From the NCBI GenBank assembly GCA_964516845.1, contig CAZEXP010000005.1, forward strand, positions 1,030 through 65,029: a stretch of DNA of 64,000 nt, in the 5' to 3' direction. Positions 10,762-20,700 of this stretch are shown here, one piece after another. The notes beneath the pieces are model-generated. The model saw only the letters and a program-made list of their open reading frames with translations, was not told where the DNA came from and ran no database searches. The position numbers were made by a program, and so were the translations under genes. Position 1 is the first letter of the stretch, and the number at the start of each line of letters is the position of its first letter. Source of the DNA: an uncultured bacterium. Lineage in GTDB: Bacteria > Joyebacterota > Joyebacteria > Joyebacterales > Joyebacteraceae.

Positions 10762-11748
10762 ATGAGAAGTACGAAGCTACTCATGGCGGTCATGGTTCTC
10801 GCGGCGATTGCGAGCGCCGCATCCGCTCAGGTCTCCATCGGCGGAGCGCAGTCTCTCTACATCCAGCCCGGGGCGCGGCCGGCCGGCATGGGGGACTGCT
10901 TCGTCGCAATCGCCGATGACGCCAGTGCCGTGTCGTGGAATCCCGCGGGTCTTGCGTGGGTCGACGGACGTGTCAATTTCACGCTCATGCACACGCAGCT
11001 TGTTCCCGACTGGGACGACGTCTACTACGAGTACGCGGCCTACGCGCAGCGCGTGGAGGGCCTCGGCACGATCGGAGCGTCGCTCATCTATCTGACGTAC
11101 GGTGAGCAGGCCGCCACCGATCCCGACAGTCCCGATGTGGTCGGTTACTTCGACAGCTACGAGATCATTCCGTCCGTCTCGTACGGGACGGAGATCAGCG
11201 AGAACCTCGCCGTCGGTCTCAATCTGAAATTCGTCTACGTCAACCTCGCGCCGGCGCAGTACACGCAGGACCAGCAGAAGGGTTCCGGCTCGACGTTCGC
11301 GGCGGACCTTGGCGTTCTCTATCGGATGTGGGAGGATCGCCTGCGACTGGGCGCCGCCGTTCAGCACGTGGGTCCGCGGATCGCCTACATCGATGAAGAG
11401 CAGTCCGACCCGCTCCCGCGCAATCTCAAGATGGGCGTGGCGTACAAGGTCCTGTCGGATGAAATGAACGTGCTTCTCGTCACGGCCGAGTACAACAAGT
11501 CGCTCGTCATCATCGAGGACATCGCGGACCAGTCGGTCGGCGTGATCATGAATTTCGGAGCCGAGTACCGGTACTACGACCTCTTCGGTCTGAGGGGTGG
11601 ATACGTCCACGATGAGGACGGAGAGGTGAAGGGTTTTGCCTTCGGGATGGGCCTGAAGTACCACAATTGGGCGTTCGACGTGGCGAACGTGCCGCAGGCC
11701 GAGGGCCTCAAGCGGCCGTTCCGATTCTCTCTGAGCGCTACGTTCTAG
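10762..11748 (+). CDS. porV: PorV/PorQ-family outer-membrane protein
   Basis: L-x-I-x-PGARPAGMGD, DDASAVSWNPAGLA, DPLPRNLKMG and a C-terminal Phe; lies directly after porU. Confidence 0.85.
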   Translation: MRSTKLLMAVMVLAAIASAASAQVSIGGAQSLYIQPGARPAGMGDCFVAIADDASAVSWNPAGLAWVDGRVNFTLMHTQLVPDWDDVYYEYAAYAQRVEGLGTIGASLIYLTYGEQAATDPDSPDVVGYFDSYEIIPSVSYGTEISENLAVGLNLKFVYVNLAPAQYTQDQQKGSGSTFAADLGVLYRMWEDRLRLGAAVQHVGPRIAYIDEEQSDPLPRNLKMGVAYKVLSDEMNVLLVTAEYNKSLVIIEDIADQSVGVIMNFGAEYRYYDLFGLRGGYVHDEDGEVKGFAFGMGLKYHNWAFDVANVPQAEGLKRPFRFSLSATF

Positions 11749-11765
11749 ATCGCCATCGAGACTTC

Positions 11766-11812
11766 GCGCTGGTGGAGGCGGACCGTCCGGCGGGCGGGCC
11801 GTTCGCCAGCGC
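11766..11812 (+). terminator. Long imperfect GC hairpin (terminator or transcript-stabilising stem)
   Basis: GCGCTGGTGGA pairs with TTCGCCAGCGC, plus an inner stem (about 21 bp in total, with G-U pairs); only a weak U-tract follows. Confidence 0.45.
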
Positions 11813-11872
11813 TTCTCACAGGCGGATGACCGCAGGTGGCCGAGCGTGGCTGTGGCCGGGCACAACGGGGGG

Positions 11873-14800
11873 ATGGTGACGAGGTTGAACACGCGAGCGA
11901 AAGCGCTGAGGACCCTGCTGGTGATCGTAGCCGTCGCGCTCATGCTTCCGGTGGTCGCTTCCGCGGCGTCGACACTTCTTTGCACCAAGGACACCGAGCG
12001 GCCGCTCGAGGAGCTGCAGGCGGTCAACGCGAAGTACTTCCCGAGTCAGCCCGCGCGTGTGAGCGCCATCGAACTGGCGCGGCAGCGGGGGCGCGGGGAC
12101 GGCGAGCGGACGACGCTTCGGTTCCTGGCGCTCCGTGTCGAGTTCCAGCCTGACGACGATCCCCTGAGCACGGGCGACGGGACGTTCAACTACTCGCCAT
12201 GGGATGGCTCGACGTTCGATGGACCGCCGCACGACCGCGAGTACTTTGAGCTTCACATGACAGCGGCCAAGAGCTACTTCGAGTCGGTCTCGCACGGCGA
12301 GGTCGAGATCGAGTTCACGGTGGCTCCCGCCGACTCGCACGCGGCGTACGTGCTCCCGTATGAGATGGGCTACTATCACGATTACTCGGACGCGCAGGTC
12401 TGGTACGTCTCACAGGTCGAAGCGTTCACGCGGGACGCCTTCGCGGCGGCCGACACGACCGACTCGATCGACTTCTCGGAATACGACGGCTACGTCATCT
12501 TCTTCGCGGGCTCGGACTGGCAGAGCGACATCTACTACGATACGCCGTACGACCTGCCGGCGGCTCACATCACACTTGGGGAGCCGATCGTGGTCAACGA
12601 CGGCGCGCACGAGATCTGGAACGCGTCGCTGATGCCCGAGACCTCGAGCCAGGACGGTCTCACGGCGGTTCTCAACGGGACGCTGGTCCACGAGATGGGT
12701 CACGGCATCGGTCTTCCCGACCTCTACAACACATCGAATTTCTTTCCATCGATCGGCTACTGGGGCATCATGGACTCCGGCGGCCGCATCGGCATGAACA
12801 CGCCCTGGGGGTACGCGTACGGTCTGATCCCGGTGCCGCCGTGCGCCTGGTCGCTCGAGTACCTCGGGTGGACGGACCCCGTGGTCATCATTGAGGACTC
12901 CGAGAACCTCGAGGTCAAGGCCTCTGTCCTGAGGGGCGGCGGATACCGGACGTTCAAGATCCCGATCACGAGCACCGAGTACTACCTCGTTGAGAACCGG
13001 ATGGACGACATCGGCAAGGACGGGCTCGTCGCCATCGAACAGGAACGGGGCGTCGTGCTCGGTCCGGTCGACCCCGACTGTCAGCAGCAGATATGTCCCG
13101 TCAACAACGAGTACGACTTTCTGCTCCCGGGCCCCGGGATGCTCATCTATCACATTGACGACACTCGCGTGATTCCCGGACTGATGCCGTACGACGCGGT
13201 GAACTACGACCGCAACCGGAGGGGCGTCGCGGTCGAGGAGGCCGACGGCATTGAGGACCTCGGCGATGTCGGCAGTTTCTACTGGACGGGCAGCAGGTTT
13301 GATCCGTTCTTCGCGTCGAACAACGATTCGTTCTCGTACGACACGTTTCCATCGACCGACGACAATCTCGGCGCCAGGAGCTACATCTCGATCACGGGCA
13401 TCTCGGAACCGGACTCCATCATGACGATGGACGTCCGATTCAACCGCTGGAAGGACGGCTGGCCGATCCAGTTCGAGGGGGAGACGGCGGGGATCGCTCC
13501 GCGCGTTGCAGACCTCGATGGCGACGGCGACATGGAGGTCGTGCTCGCCACGACCGACGGCCTTGTCTATGCGTTCCATCACGACGGCTCGGCGGTGCTT
13601 CCAGACTGCGCCGGCCCGTCCGGCTTCATCGCGATCGCAGGCGGTGACATATCGCAGACTCCGGCGCTCGCGGACCTTGACGGAGACGGCCAGCTCGAGG
13701 TCGTGGTCGTTTCGGACGACGGCATGCTGCACGCGTGGCACGCGGTCGACAATGACGGGAACGGTCACGCCGACCCGGTCTCGGACCACTTCCCGGTCGA
13801 GATCGGCGGACCGGCGAGCGCCCCCCCGGTCGTGGCGGATCTTGACGAGGGCTTCGGTCTTGAGATCGCGGCGACCTCCCGGGGCGGCGATCTCGTCGTC
13901 GTGGATCAGGTCGGGCGCCCGGTCGGGACTTCGCCGTATTCGTTCGGCGCGCTCGTGCTCGACGACGTGACGATGGCGGCCGGAGACCTGGACGCCGACG
14001 CCGAACTGGAACTCGTGTTGTCGACGACGAACAGGGGATGGGTCATCGCGCTCAATGCGGACGGAACACCGCTTCCGGGCTGGCCCGTCGAGGTCGAAGG
14101 TTGGGAGCGCGAGGCTGTTGGCGTGCTCCTCGGCGATCTGGACCGCGGACGTGACGGACGACTCGACGTGATCGCCGTCGGTTCGGACGGACGCGCGTTT
14201 GCGTGGGATCGTCGCGGCGAGGAACTCGCGGGGTGGCCTGTCGATCTCGGTGAAGAGGTCGTGGGGCGGTCCTCTCTGGGTGATCTCGACGGCGATGGTT
14301 TCCTCGAGCTTGTCGTTCCGGTCGGCTCGACGCAGGTTCGCGGCATCCGGGCGAACGGCACGGCGGTCGAGAACTGGCCATTGAGTTTCTCATCGGGTGA
14401 CAGCACCCGCAGCTCCTCAGCCTCGCCCCTGGTCGGGGATATCGATGGTGACGGTGGGATCGACGTGGTCATGAGCGGCCCCGGAGGCGGCGTCTACGCG
14501 TGGGACGGTCTCACCGGCGACGTACTGCCGGGATGGCCGCTCTCGTCGGATGTCGCGCTCGGCACGCCGTGGATCGGGGACGCGGAGGGCGACGGAGAGA
14601 TTGACCTCCTGATTGCGGGTCGCAGCGGTCGCGCGCTCTTCTACCGCCTGCCGTACGATGCGTCTCCGGGCGCAATCGTCTGGCCGACGGAGGCAGGGAA
14701 TCCGGCGGGGACCGGTTGTTTCGCGGACTCGCTCCTCGGCGAGGAGTTCGAGGAGACGCCTACGCTCATGGTGCAGGATCGCACGTACTGCTATCCGAAC

Positions 14801-15073
14801 CCGGCGCGCGAGGAGGACATCACGATCAGGGTCTATCTCGAGGAGTCGATGGACATCCTCGTGGAGATCATGGACGTCACGGGTCAGATCGTTGAGACGC
14901 TCCGTGCCGACGGTGTTCCAACGGCCAACGAGCTGGTCTGGGAGACCGACGGCGTGGCGAGCGGTCTCTATCTGGTCCGAGTCGAGGTCGGGTTCGAGAT
15001 GATCGATGTGTTCGGCGGCGGCATGGCCGGGCGCATTGAGGAGAAGCTGATGAAGGTCGCCCTGATTCGATAG
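11873..15073 (+). CDS. Secreted M6 (immune inhibitor A-like) metalloprotease with FG-GAP repeats and a T9SS-type CTD
   Basis: HEMGHGIGLPDLY, WGIMDSG and EYYLVENR motifs; about 8 DLDGDG-type repeats; CTD CYPNPA...VASGLYLVRV...KVALIR. Confidence 0.88.
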   Translation: MVTRLNTRAKALRTLLVIVAVALMLPVVASAASTLLCTKDTERPLEELQAVNAKYFPSQPARVSAIELARQRGRGDGERTTLRFLALRVEFQPDDDPLSTGDGTFNYSPWDGSTFDGPPHDREYFELHMTAAKSYFESVSHGEVEIEFTVAPADSHAAYVLPYEMGYYHDYSDAQVWYVSQVEAFTRDAFAAADTTDSIDFSEYDGYVIFFAGSDWQSDIYYDTPYDLPAAHITLGEPIVVNDGAHEIWNASLMPETSSQDGLTAVLNGTLVHEMGHGIGLPDLYNTSNFFPSIGYWGIMDSGGRIGMNTPWGYAYGLIPVPPCAWSLEYLGWTDPVVIIEDSENLEVKASVLRGGGYRTFKIPITSTEYYLVENRMDDIGKDGLVAIEQERGVVLGPVDPDCQQQICPVNNEYDFLLPGPGMLIYHIDDTRVIPGLMPYDAVNYDRNRRGVAVEEADGIEDLGDVGSFYWTGSRFDPFFASNNDSFSYDTFPSTDDNLGARSYISITGISEPDSIMTMDVRFNRWKDGWPIQFEGETAGIAPRVADLDGDGDMEVVLATTDGLVYAFHHDGSAVLPDCAGPSGFIAIAGGDISQTPALADLDGDGQLEVVVVSDDGMLHAWHAVDNDGNGHADPVSDHFPVEIGGPASAPPVVADLDEGFGLEIAATSRGGDLVVVDQVGRPVGTSPYSFGALVLDDVTMAAGDLDADAELELVLSTTNRGWVIALNADGTPLPGWPVEVEGWEREAVGVLLGDLDRGRDGRLDVIAVGSDGRAFAWDRRGEELAGWPVDLGEEVVGRSSLGDLDGDGFLELVVPVGSTQVRGIRANGTAVENWPLSFSSGDSTRSSSASPLVGDIDGDGGIDVVMSGPGGGVYAWDGLTGDVLPGWPLSSDVALGTPWIGDAEGDGEIDLLIAGRSGRALFYRLPYDASPGAIVWPTEAGNPAGTGCFADSLLGEEFEETPTLMVQDRTYCYPNPAREEDITIRVYLEESMDILVEIMDVTGQIVETLRADGVPTANELVWETDGVASGLYLVRVEVGFEMIDVFGGGMAGRIEEKLMKVALIR

Positions 15074-15133
15074 GTCCAAGCCGACGGAACGTCGGCCGTG
15101 ATCCGGTCGCCGTGCGGCTTTGCGGGAGACGTG

Positions 15134-15922
15134 ATGAGACTTCTGGCAGCGTTCATGATCACACTGATAGCGGTGCCCGCGCTCTGCGCGGGGCCGACTG
15201 CTGTGACCGCACGCGTGATGCCCGAGGATCTCGTGCTCATCTCGTCGCTCGGCTTCGCTGAGGAGCTTCTCGAGACGGACGCGGAGAACGGGGGAGCCTC
15301 CGGCGGCACGAGGACGTCGCACGACCCGCCGAAGATGATGCTCCTGTCTCTGGCCGTGCCCGGCGCCGGCCAGATCGTGCAAGGGGAGAAGCGCGGCTAC
15401 ATCTACCTCCTGCTCGAGGCGGCCATGTGGGGCGGCTTCTACTACCTGGACAAGCAGGGTCTCGACGAGCGGGGTGATTACGAGGACTTCGTCATCGACA
15501 ACTGGAATCTGGCCGCGTACCAGGATTTCTTCAATGAGAACTGCCTGGAAGACCCGCAGGACTACGCCAACGGCTGCCGGCCGCTGGCGCCGGAGGGCTC
15601 GCAGGAGTTCTACGAGGACGTCGGCAAATACGATGTCTACTGGCCGTGGTGGAGCGGGGACGGCTCGCCGAACGACGTCACCGCCGAGGACATGGCGCTC
15701 AGGGACGAATACTGGGGGATGCGCAAGGACAGCAACTCGCATCTGAGGGAGGCGCGCTACTTCATGATGGCCGCGCTGCTCAACCACGTTGTGAGCGCTC
15801 TTGATTCGTTCTTCATCGCCAGGGCGCCCGCGGAAGCGGAGCCGCCGGCCGACCTGGGTCTTGAGTTCGGCGTGCCCGATGGACCGATCGGGCTGACCTG
15901 TGCACTCGTTGCGAGGTACTGA
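15134..15922 (+). CDS. Hypothetical exported/membrane protein (DUF5683/TM2-like SxxxPGxGQ motif), paralog A
   Basis: Signal peptide; LLSLAVPGAGQ, LLLEAAMW and LLNHVVSALD motifs shared with the next gene. Confidence 0.65.
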   Translation: MRLLAAFMITLIAVPALCAGPTAVTARVMPEDLVLISSLGFAEELLETDAENGGASGGTRTSHDPPKMMLLSLAVPGAGQIVQGEKRGYIYLLLEAAMWGGFYYLDKQGLDERGDYEDFVIDNWNLAAYQDFFNENCLEDPQDYANGCRPLAPEGSQEFYEDVGKYDVYWPWWSGDGSPNDVTAEDMALRDEYWGMRKDSNSHLREARYFMMAALLNHVVSALDSFFIARAPAEAEPPADLGLEFGVPDGPIGLTCALVARY

Positions 15923-15932
15923 GGAGCTGCAG

Positions 15933-16760
15933 ATGAGTCGATGCTTCGTGCCCCTTTGTGTGATCCTGATACTGGTCTCGACGCAGGCCGCTCTCGCCGA
16001 ATCGTATTTTCCGTCCGGCGCGTCCGGTGGCCTCGCCAGGCAGGGGCTCTCGCTCCGAGCCGACGACCCGATCTCCGATCTGGCTCCGGAACAGCAGCCG
16101 AAGGAGCCCGTTCACGCAGCCGGCGGGCGTGAGGAGAAGAACCCGCTCGTCGCAATGCTCATGTCATTCGCCGTTCCCGGGTGGGGGGAGTTCTACACGG
16201 GGCACGACGGCCGCGGACGCGCGTTCATGGCGGCCGAGGGTGCGATCTGGATCGGGTACGCCTCGTACAGCGTGCAGGAGCGGATGCGGGTCGACGACTA
16301 TGAGGAGTACGTCTCGGTCTACCTGGACGTGGAGCAGGGCGCGGACCACACGTACTATGAGGATATTGCGGACTACATGCGCAGCGAGGGGTCCGACAGC
16401 TACAACGAAGACATCCGGAGCGAGGCGAGGAGCCTGTTTCCGGACGACCTCGACGCGCAGGAGCGCTACTTCGCGGAGCACGGTTACTTCGGCGGCGACG
16501 GATGGGACTGGGGAGATCGTGACCGGCTCGAGGAGTACCGCGAGCTTCGGCACGGGGCGTCGGTGTCATCACGCAACGCCTTCTACATGACCGGGCTTGC
16601 CGTGCTCAACAGGGCGCTCTCGGGTATCGACGCCGCGTGGATGGCGAGACGCCACAACGCCGGTCAGAGCGGGACCCCGGCGGTGAGGCTCTCGGTCGCA
16701 CCGGTGCCGGATGAGAACGGGCTGTGCGGCAGCCGCACGACGCTCGAGTTCTCCTTCTGA
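15933..16760 (+). CDS. Hypothetical exported/membrane protein, paralog B
   Basis: GAGGAG RBS before ATG 15933; signal peptide; LMSFAVPGWGE, AAEGAIW and VLNRALSGID motifs; ends LEFSF. Confidence 0.65.
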   Translation: MSRCFVPLCVILILVSTQAALAESYFPSGASGGLARQGLSLRADDPISDLAPEQQPKEPVHAAGGREEKNPLVAMLMSFAVPGWGEFYTGHDGRGRAFMAAEGAIWIGYASYSVQERMRVDDYEEYVSVYLDVEQGADHTYYEDIADYMRSEGSDSYNEDIRSEARSLFPDDLDAQERYFAEHGYFGGDGWDWGDRDRLEEYRELRHGASVSSRNAFYMTGLAVLNRALSGIDAAWMARRHNAGQSGTPAVRLSVAPVPDENGLCGSRTTLEFSF

Positions 16761-16763
16761 CAA

Positions 16764-16787
16764 CGCGGCGGGGTTTCTCCCGCCGCG
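16764..16787 (+). terminator. GC hairpin
   Basis: CGCGGCGGG-gtttct-CCCGCCGCG just after the stop at 16760; no clear U-tract. Confidence 0.4.
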
Positions 16788-16859
16788 CAGCATCCCCCTT
16801 TCGCGGAGCACGCCATGATGCTCGCACTGTTCCCGCCGCAGGCGACGCGACGGACGTCC

Positions 16860-17768
16860 ATGAGGCGTTGTCTCGATCTCGTGTTCATCGCGGTCATCAC
16901 TTCACTTGTTCTTCCACTTGCCGCGGCCGGCTCGGTGATCGCACTCGATCTCGTTGGGGAGATCGGTGGCGACGCATGGGACGTGGATGGTCCGACGGCG
17001 CTGGCCGTTGACCACCGGGGACGTCTGTACGTCGTCGACAGCGGTCACCATCGCGTGCTCGTGGTCGAGCCGGATGGCTCGATCGTCCGGGAGCTCGGCG
17101 GGTACGGGTGGGAAGAGGACAGCCTCGATCGTCCGCTCGACGTGGTCGTCGACCGCGGCCTGGCGACGTATGTCCTCGACGCGGGGAACCGGCGCGTCGT
17201 CGAGTACGATGCCGAGGGGAACTACCTCGGGGTTGTGCTCGACGAGGAACAGGTTGGGAACCCGGTCGGTCTGGAACTCGGTTCGGCCGGCGAACTCTAT
17301 GTCACTGACGCCGACGCGCAGATCGTCCGGGTCCACTCGCAGTTCGGGGAGCCGCTTGACCCGATAGGCAGCTTCGGCGGGGAGGGTGGCGGTCTCGTCG
17401 GTCCGACGCGCGTCGCCATGGGGCCGTCGCGCGTGCTGGCGATTGCCGACCCCGCGGCCGCCGTCGTCCTGCTCTACGACGAGTTCGGTTCGCCTCTTGC
17501 CCGGCTCTCGGGCACCGGGGAATTCACGCCATACGACATCATCTTCGATCCGCGCGGCAATCTCATCGTCGCGGACCCGCGCAACGGCACGGTCCTGGCG
17601 TTCGATTGCGCCGACGGCTCGGTCACCGCGGTCGCCGGTCGGGACCAGATGGGGTCTTCGGCTCTGCCTTCCGGGCTGGCGATCGATCGGACGGGGAGGC
17701 TTCTTGTCCTGGACGGAACCTCGGGTTGCGTGTTCATCTTCGCGCTCGAGTACGACACAAAGCACTAG
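16860..17768 (+). CDS. Secreted NHL-repeat beta-propeller protein
   Basis: Repeats such as PTALAVDHRGRLYVVDSGHHRV, PLDVVVDRG and PVGLELGSAGELYVTD; signal peptide from ATG 16860. Confidence 0.85.
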   Translation: MRRCLDLVFIAVITSLVLPLAAAGSVIALDLVGEIGGDAWDVDGPTALAVDHRGRLYVVDSGHHRVLVVEPDGSIVRELGGYGWEEDSLDRPLDVVVDRGLATYVLDAGNRRVVEYDAEGNYLGVVLDEEQVGNPVGLELGSAGELYVTDADAQIVRVHSQFGEPLDPIGSFGGEGGGLVGPTRVAMGPSRVLAIADPAAAVVLLYDEFGSPLARLSGTGEFTPYDIIFDPRGNLIVADPRNGTVLAFDCADGSVTAVAGRDQMGSSALPSGLAIDRTGRLLVLDGTSGCVFIFALEYDTKH

Positions 17769-20700
17769 ACCGCTTATCGGAGCGATCCTTGCCATCGCCC
17801 TTCTCGCCGCGTTCGTGACGACCGCGGGCGCCGGCACCCTGGCGAGGACGAGCGGGCGCCGCGTGGTCGATCTGACGGGGGTGGACCTCGCCGACGGGCG
17901 TGTCGCGCTTCCGGACTCGTTGATCGTCGCCGGCAGCGACACGGTGCTCGTCAGCGATCGTCCCGCCGAGCGGGGCGTCGACTACGTCCTGGACGTCTCC
18001 GCTTCCAGCCTTCGCTTCCTCCGCGACCTTCCGGATACCGCGCGCATATCTCTCAGCTACCTCTATATTCCCGGGGCTCTCGCCCGCGAGCAGCGATACG
18101 CGATGCTCGATGCCACGGGGGAACTCCCGAATGTGTTCGCCGCGCCGGAGAGCCTCGTGAGTCTGCGCATCGCGGAGCCCGATCGCGCACCCGTCGGGTC
18201 GGGTCTGAGGATAGGGGGCGCCAAGACGTTCGGTGTCAGCGTGGGCTCCGATCGGGACCTCAAGCTCGAGCAATCGCTCCGCCTGAACGTCGAGGGCCGG
18301 GTCGCCCGGGATGTGTCCGTCCGCGCGTATCTCTCAGACCAGAACACGCCATTGCTGCCCGAAGGGGACACGGAGGAGCTGCGCTCACTTGACAAGGTTC
18401 TCGTCGAGATCGAGGGCAAGGATGTCTCCGCAACGATGGGGGACATCGTGCTCGACATGACGTCGGGGAGTCTCCTGTCGATGCGTCGTGAACTGGCGGG
18501 TGTTATGGTGACGGGCAAGCGGGGTCCGCTCAGTGTCCTGCTCGCCGGCGCGCAGGCCTCGGGTGAGCAGACGACCGCGGCCTTCATTGGCGTTGAGGGG
18601 AAGCAGGGGCCGTATCTGCTCCCGAACGCGTCGGGCGCAGTCGGCGTCACGATCGTTGCGGGAAGCGAGCGCGTCTGGCTTGACGGCGCTCGGCTCAAAC
18701 GGGGGAGCGACAACGACTACGTCATCGACTACGCGTCCGGCGAGCTTCAGTTCTCGGAGACGCGGCCGATCACGGCCGAGAGCCGGATCGACGTGGACTA
18801 CGAATGCGCCACCTCCGATTTCGACCGCGACGTCTACGGGGGCACCGCCGGTCTCCGCTCCGCCGATGGGCGGATGGAGTTCGGCGCCGCATACTTCCGG
18901 GAGTCCGATGATGATTCGTCCCCGACGAGCGTGGACCTGTCCGACGACGATCTCGCACTGCTGGCCGCGGCCGGCGACGACATCGAACTGGCCCACGACG
19001 ACGGCGTCGATTCGGTCGGGTACGGGAACGGCGACTACGAGAGGCTGCCCGACGGGACGTTCGAGCACGCGGGCGCGGATTCCGGATCGTTCGAGCTCGA
19101 TTTCGAACGCTCTGACGGCGGCGACTACGCCTACGACTATGTCGCCGGGCATTACTACTATGCGGGTGAGGGGGTGGGGACACACCGGCTCGGGCGACAG
19201 CTGCCGCTTCCAACGGACGCGTCGCTGCTGGCGGTCAACGGGGCGGTGCGCCTCGAAGGCGGAGGGTTCGTCGAGGCCGAGGCCGCGCTGTCGACCTATG
19301 ACCGGAACACACTCTCCGACCTCGATGATGATGACAACCTCGGGAACGCCGGGGTCGTACGGCTCGAGGCGCCGTCGCTGACGGGCGGTGTCCTCGGGGA
19401 CTCGCGTCTGACGGCGTCCGCGGCAGGACGGCGCGTGGCGGGGAACTTCCGGGGGAACGGGCGGTTTCGCGAGACGGGCTATGAGGATCACTGGGAACTT
19501 CGCGGTCTCGAGGTTCCGACAGCCGAGCTCACGGGTGAGGGCACGCTGCGGTTCGACATGCCGGGCGGCGGGTCGGCCGAGGTCCGGCACGGGCGACTGG
19601 AGCGCGGTGACGCGCTGACCTCGATGCGGACGCGGTTCTCGGTCGAGGCATCACCGGCGGAGCGCGCTCGCGTCTGGCTGAGCGGCCGGATCGTTGACCT
19701 CGACTACACGGCGGCCGCGGACACGGCACTCACGCGGGAGCGGAGGCTCTACCGCGCGGGCGGCGACGTCACGCTGGGTCACGTGCGGCCGGGAGCGACC
19801 TGGACGAGCGATGAGGCGACCGAGGACGGCGTCGGGGAGCGCTACGACGAGTACGGCGTGACGCTGGCGAGCGCCGGTCTGAGGGGCGCCGGCCTGCGGG
19901 CAGGGTACGCGTATCGGATGACCGACCGGCGCGGGGAGTCGGACGACTGGTCGCGCGCGGCCGTGACGGCGACACAGACCTACGGCCTGGAGCTGACCCG
20001 CTGGGAGCCGCTCACGGTGGACGCGAGTGTCGTTCGTAGGAGGACCGACTTCGAGGACGGGCTCGCGGAGTCCGACACGCGTTCGGATCTGGCCCGCGTT
20101 CGGCTCGGTCACTCGTCGCTCGGCGGGGCCGTCCAGGGCGAGGTCCGATACGTCGTCACCACGACCGAGGTCGAGGAGAAGGAACGCTACGTCACCGAGG
20201 AGGACGGTGTCGAGGTGACGCGCATTATCTCCACCGGACGGTACCTGCCGGTGACCGATCTGAGCGCCGGGACGCGGTGGAGTTTCCGTCCCGGCTCGGG
20301 CGGTACGACGCCGTCGGGGCTTCCCGACCCGAGCGCGCTGCGGCGCTGGCTTGCGCGTTTCTCGTTCGAGACCGACCTCAAGCTGCGCGAGGCGACGACC
20401 ACCGATGAGAAGGAGCGGCTCTATCTGCTGGACCCGTCGGTCCTCCGCGGGGACGACACCGTCAGTGGGGAGCTCACCGGTCGCCACACGCTGAGATACG
20501 CCTCCGCCGGGGGGACGTTCGTGAGCCGTCTTGCGCTGCGGACGGCTGACGAGCTGGAGCGCGTCTATTCGAACTCGCCCGAGGAGCGGCGCGATCGGGA
20601 GGTCACGCTCGAGTTCAAGCTCGCCGCATCCCGAGGCCTGACCTATCGCGTCCAGGGCGAGGCAGGCGAGCGTCGCCGTGACTCCGAAGGCACGGTCGAC

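Noticed and set aside
17386-17703. N-terminal extension of the 1237-aa ORF
   Set aside because: It overlaps the NHL gene; a TTG start with an RBS is present at 17704.
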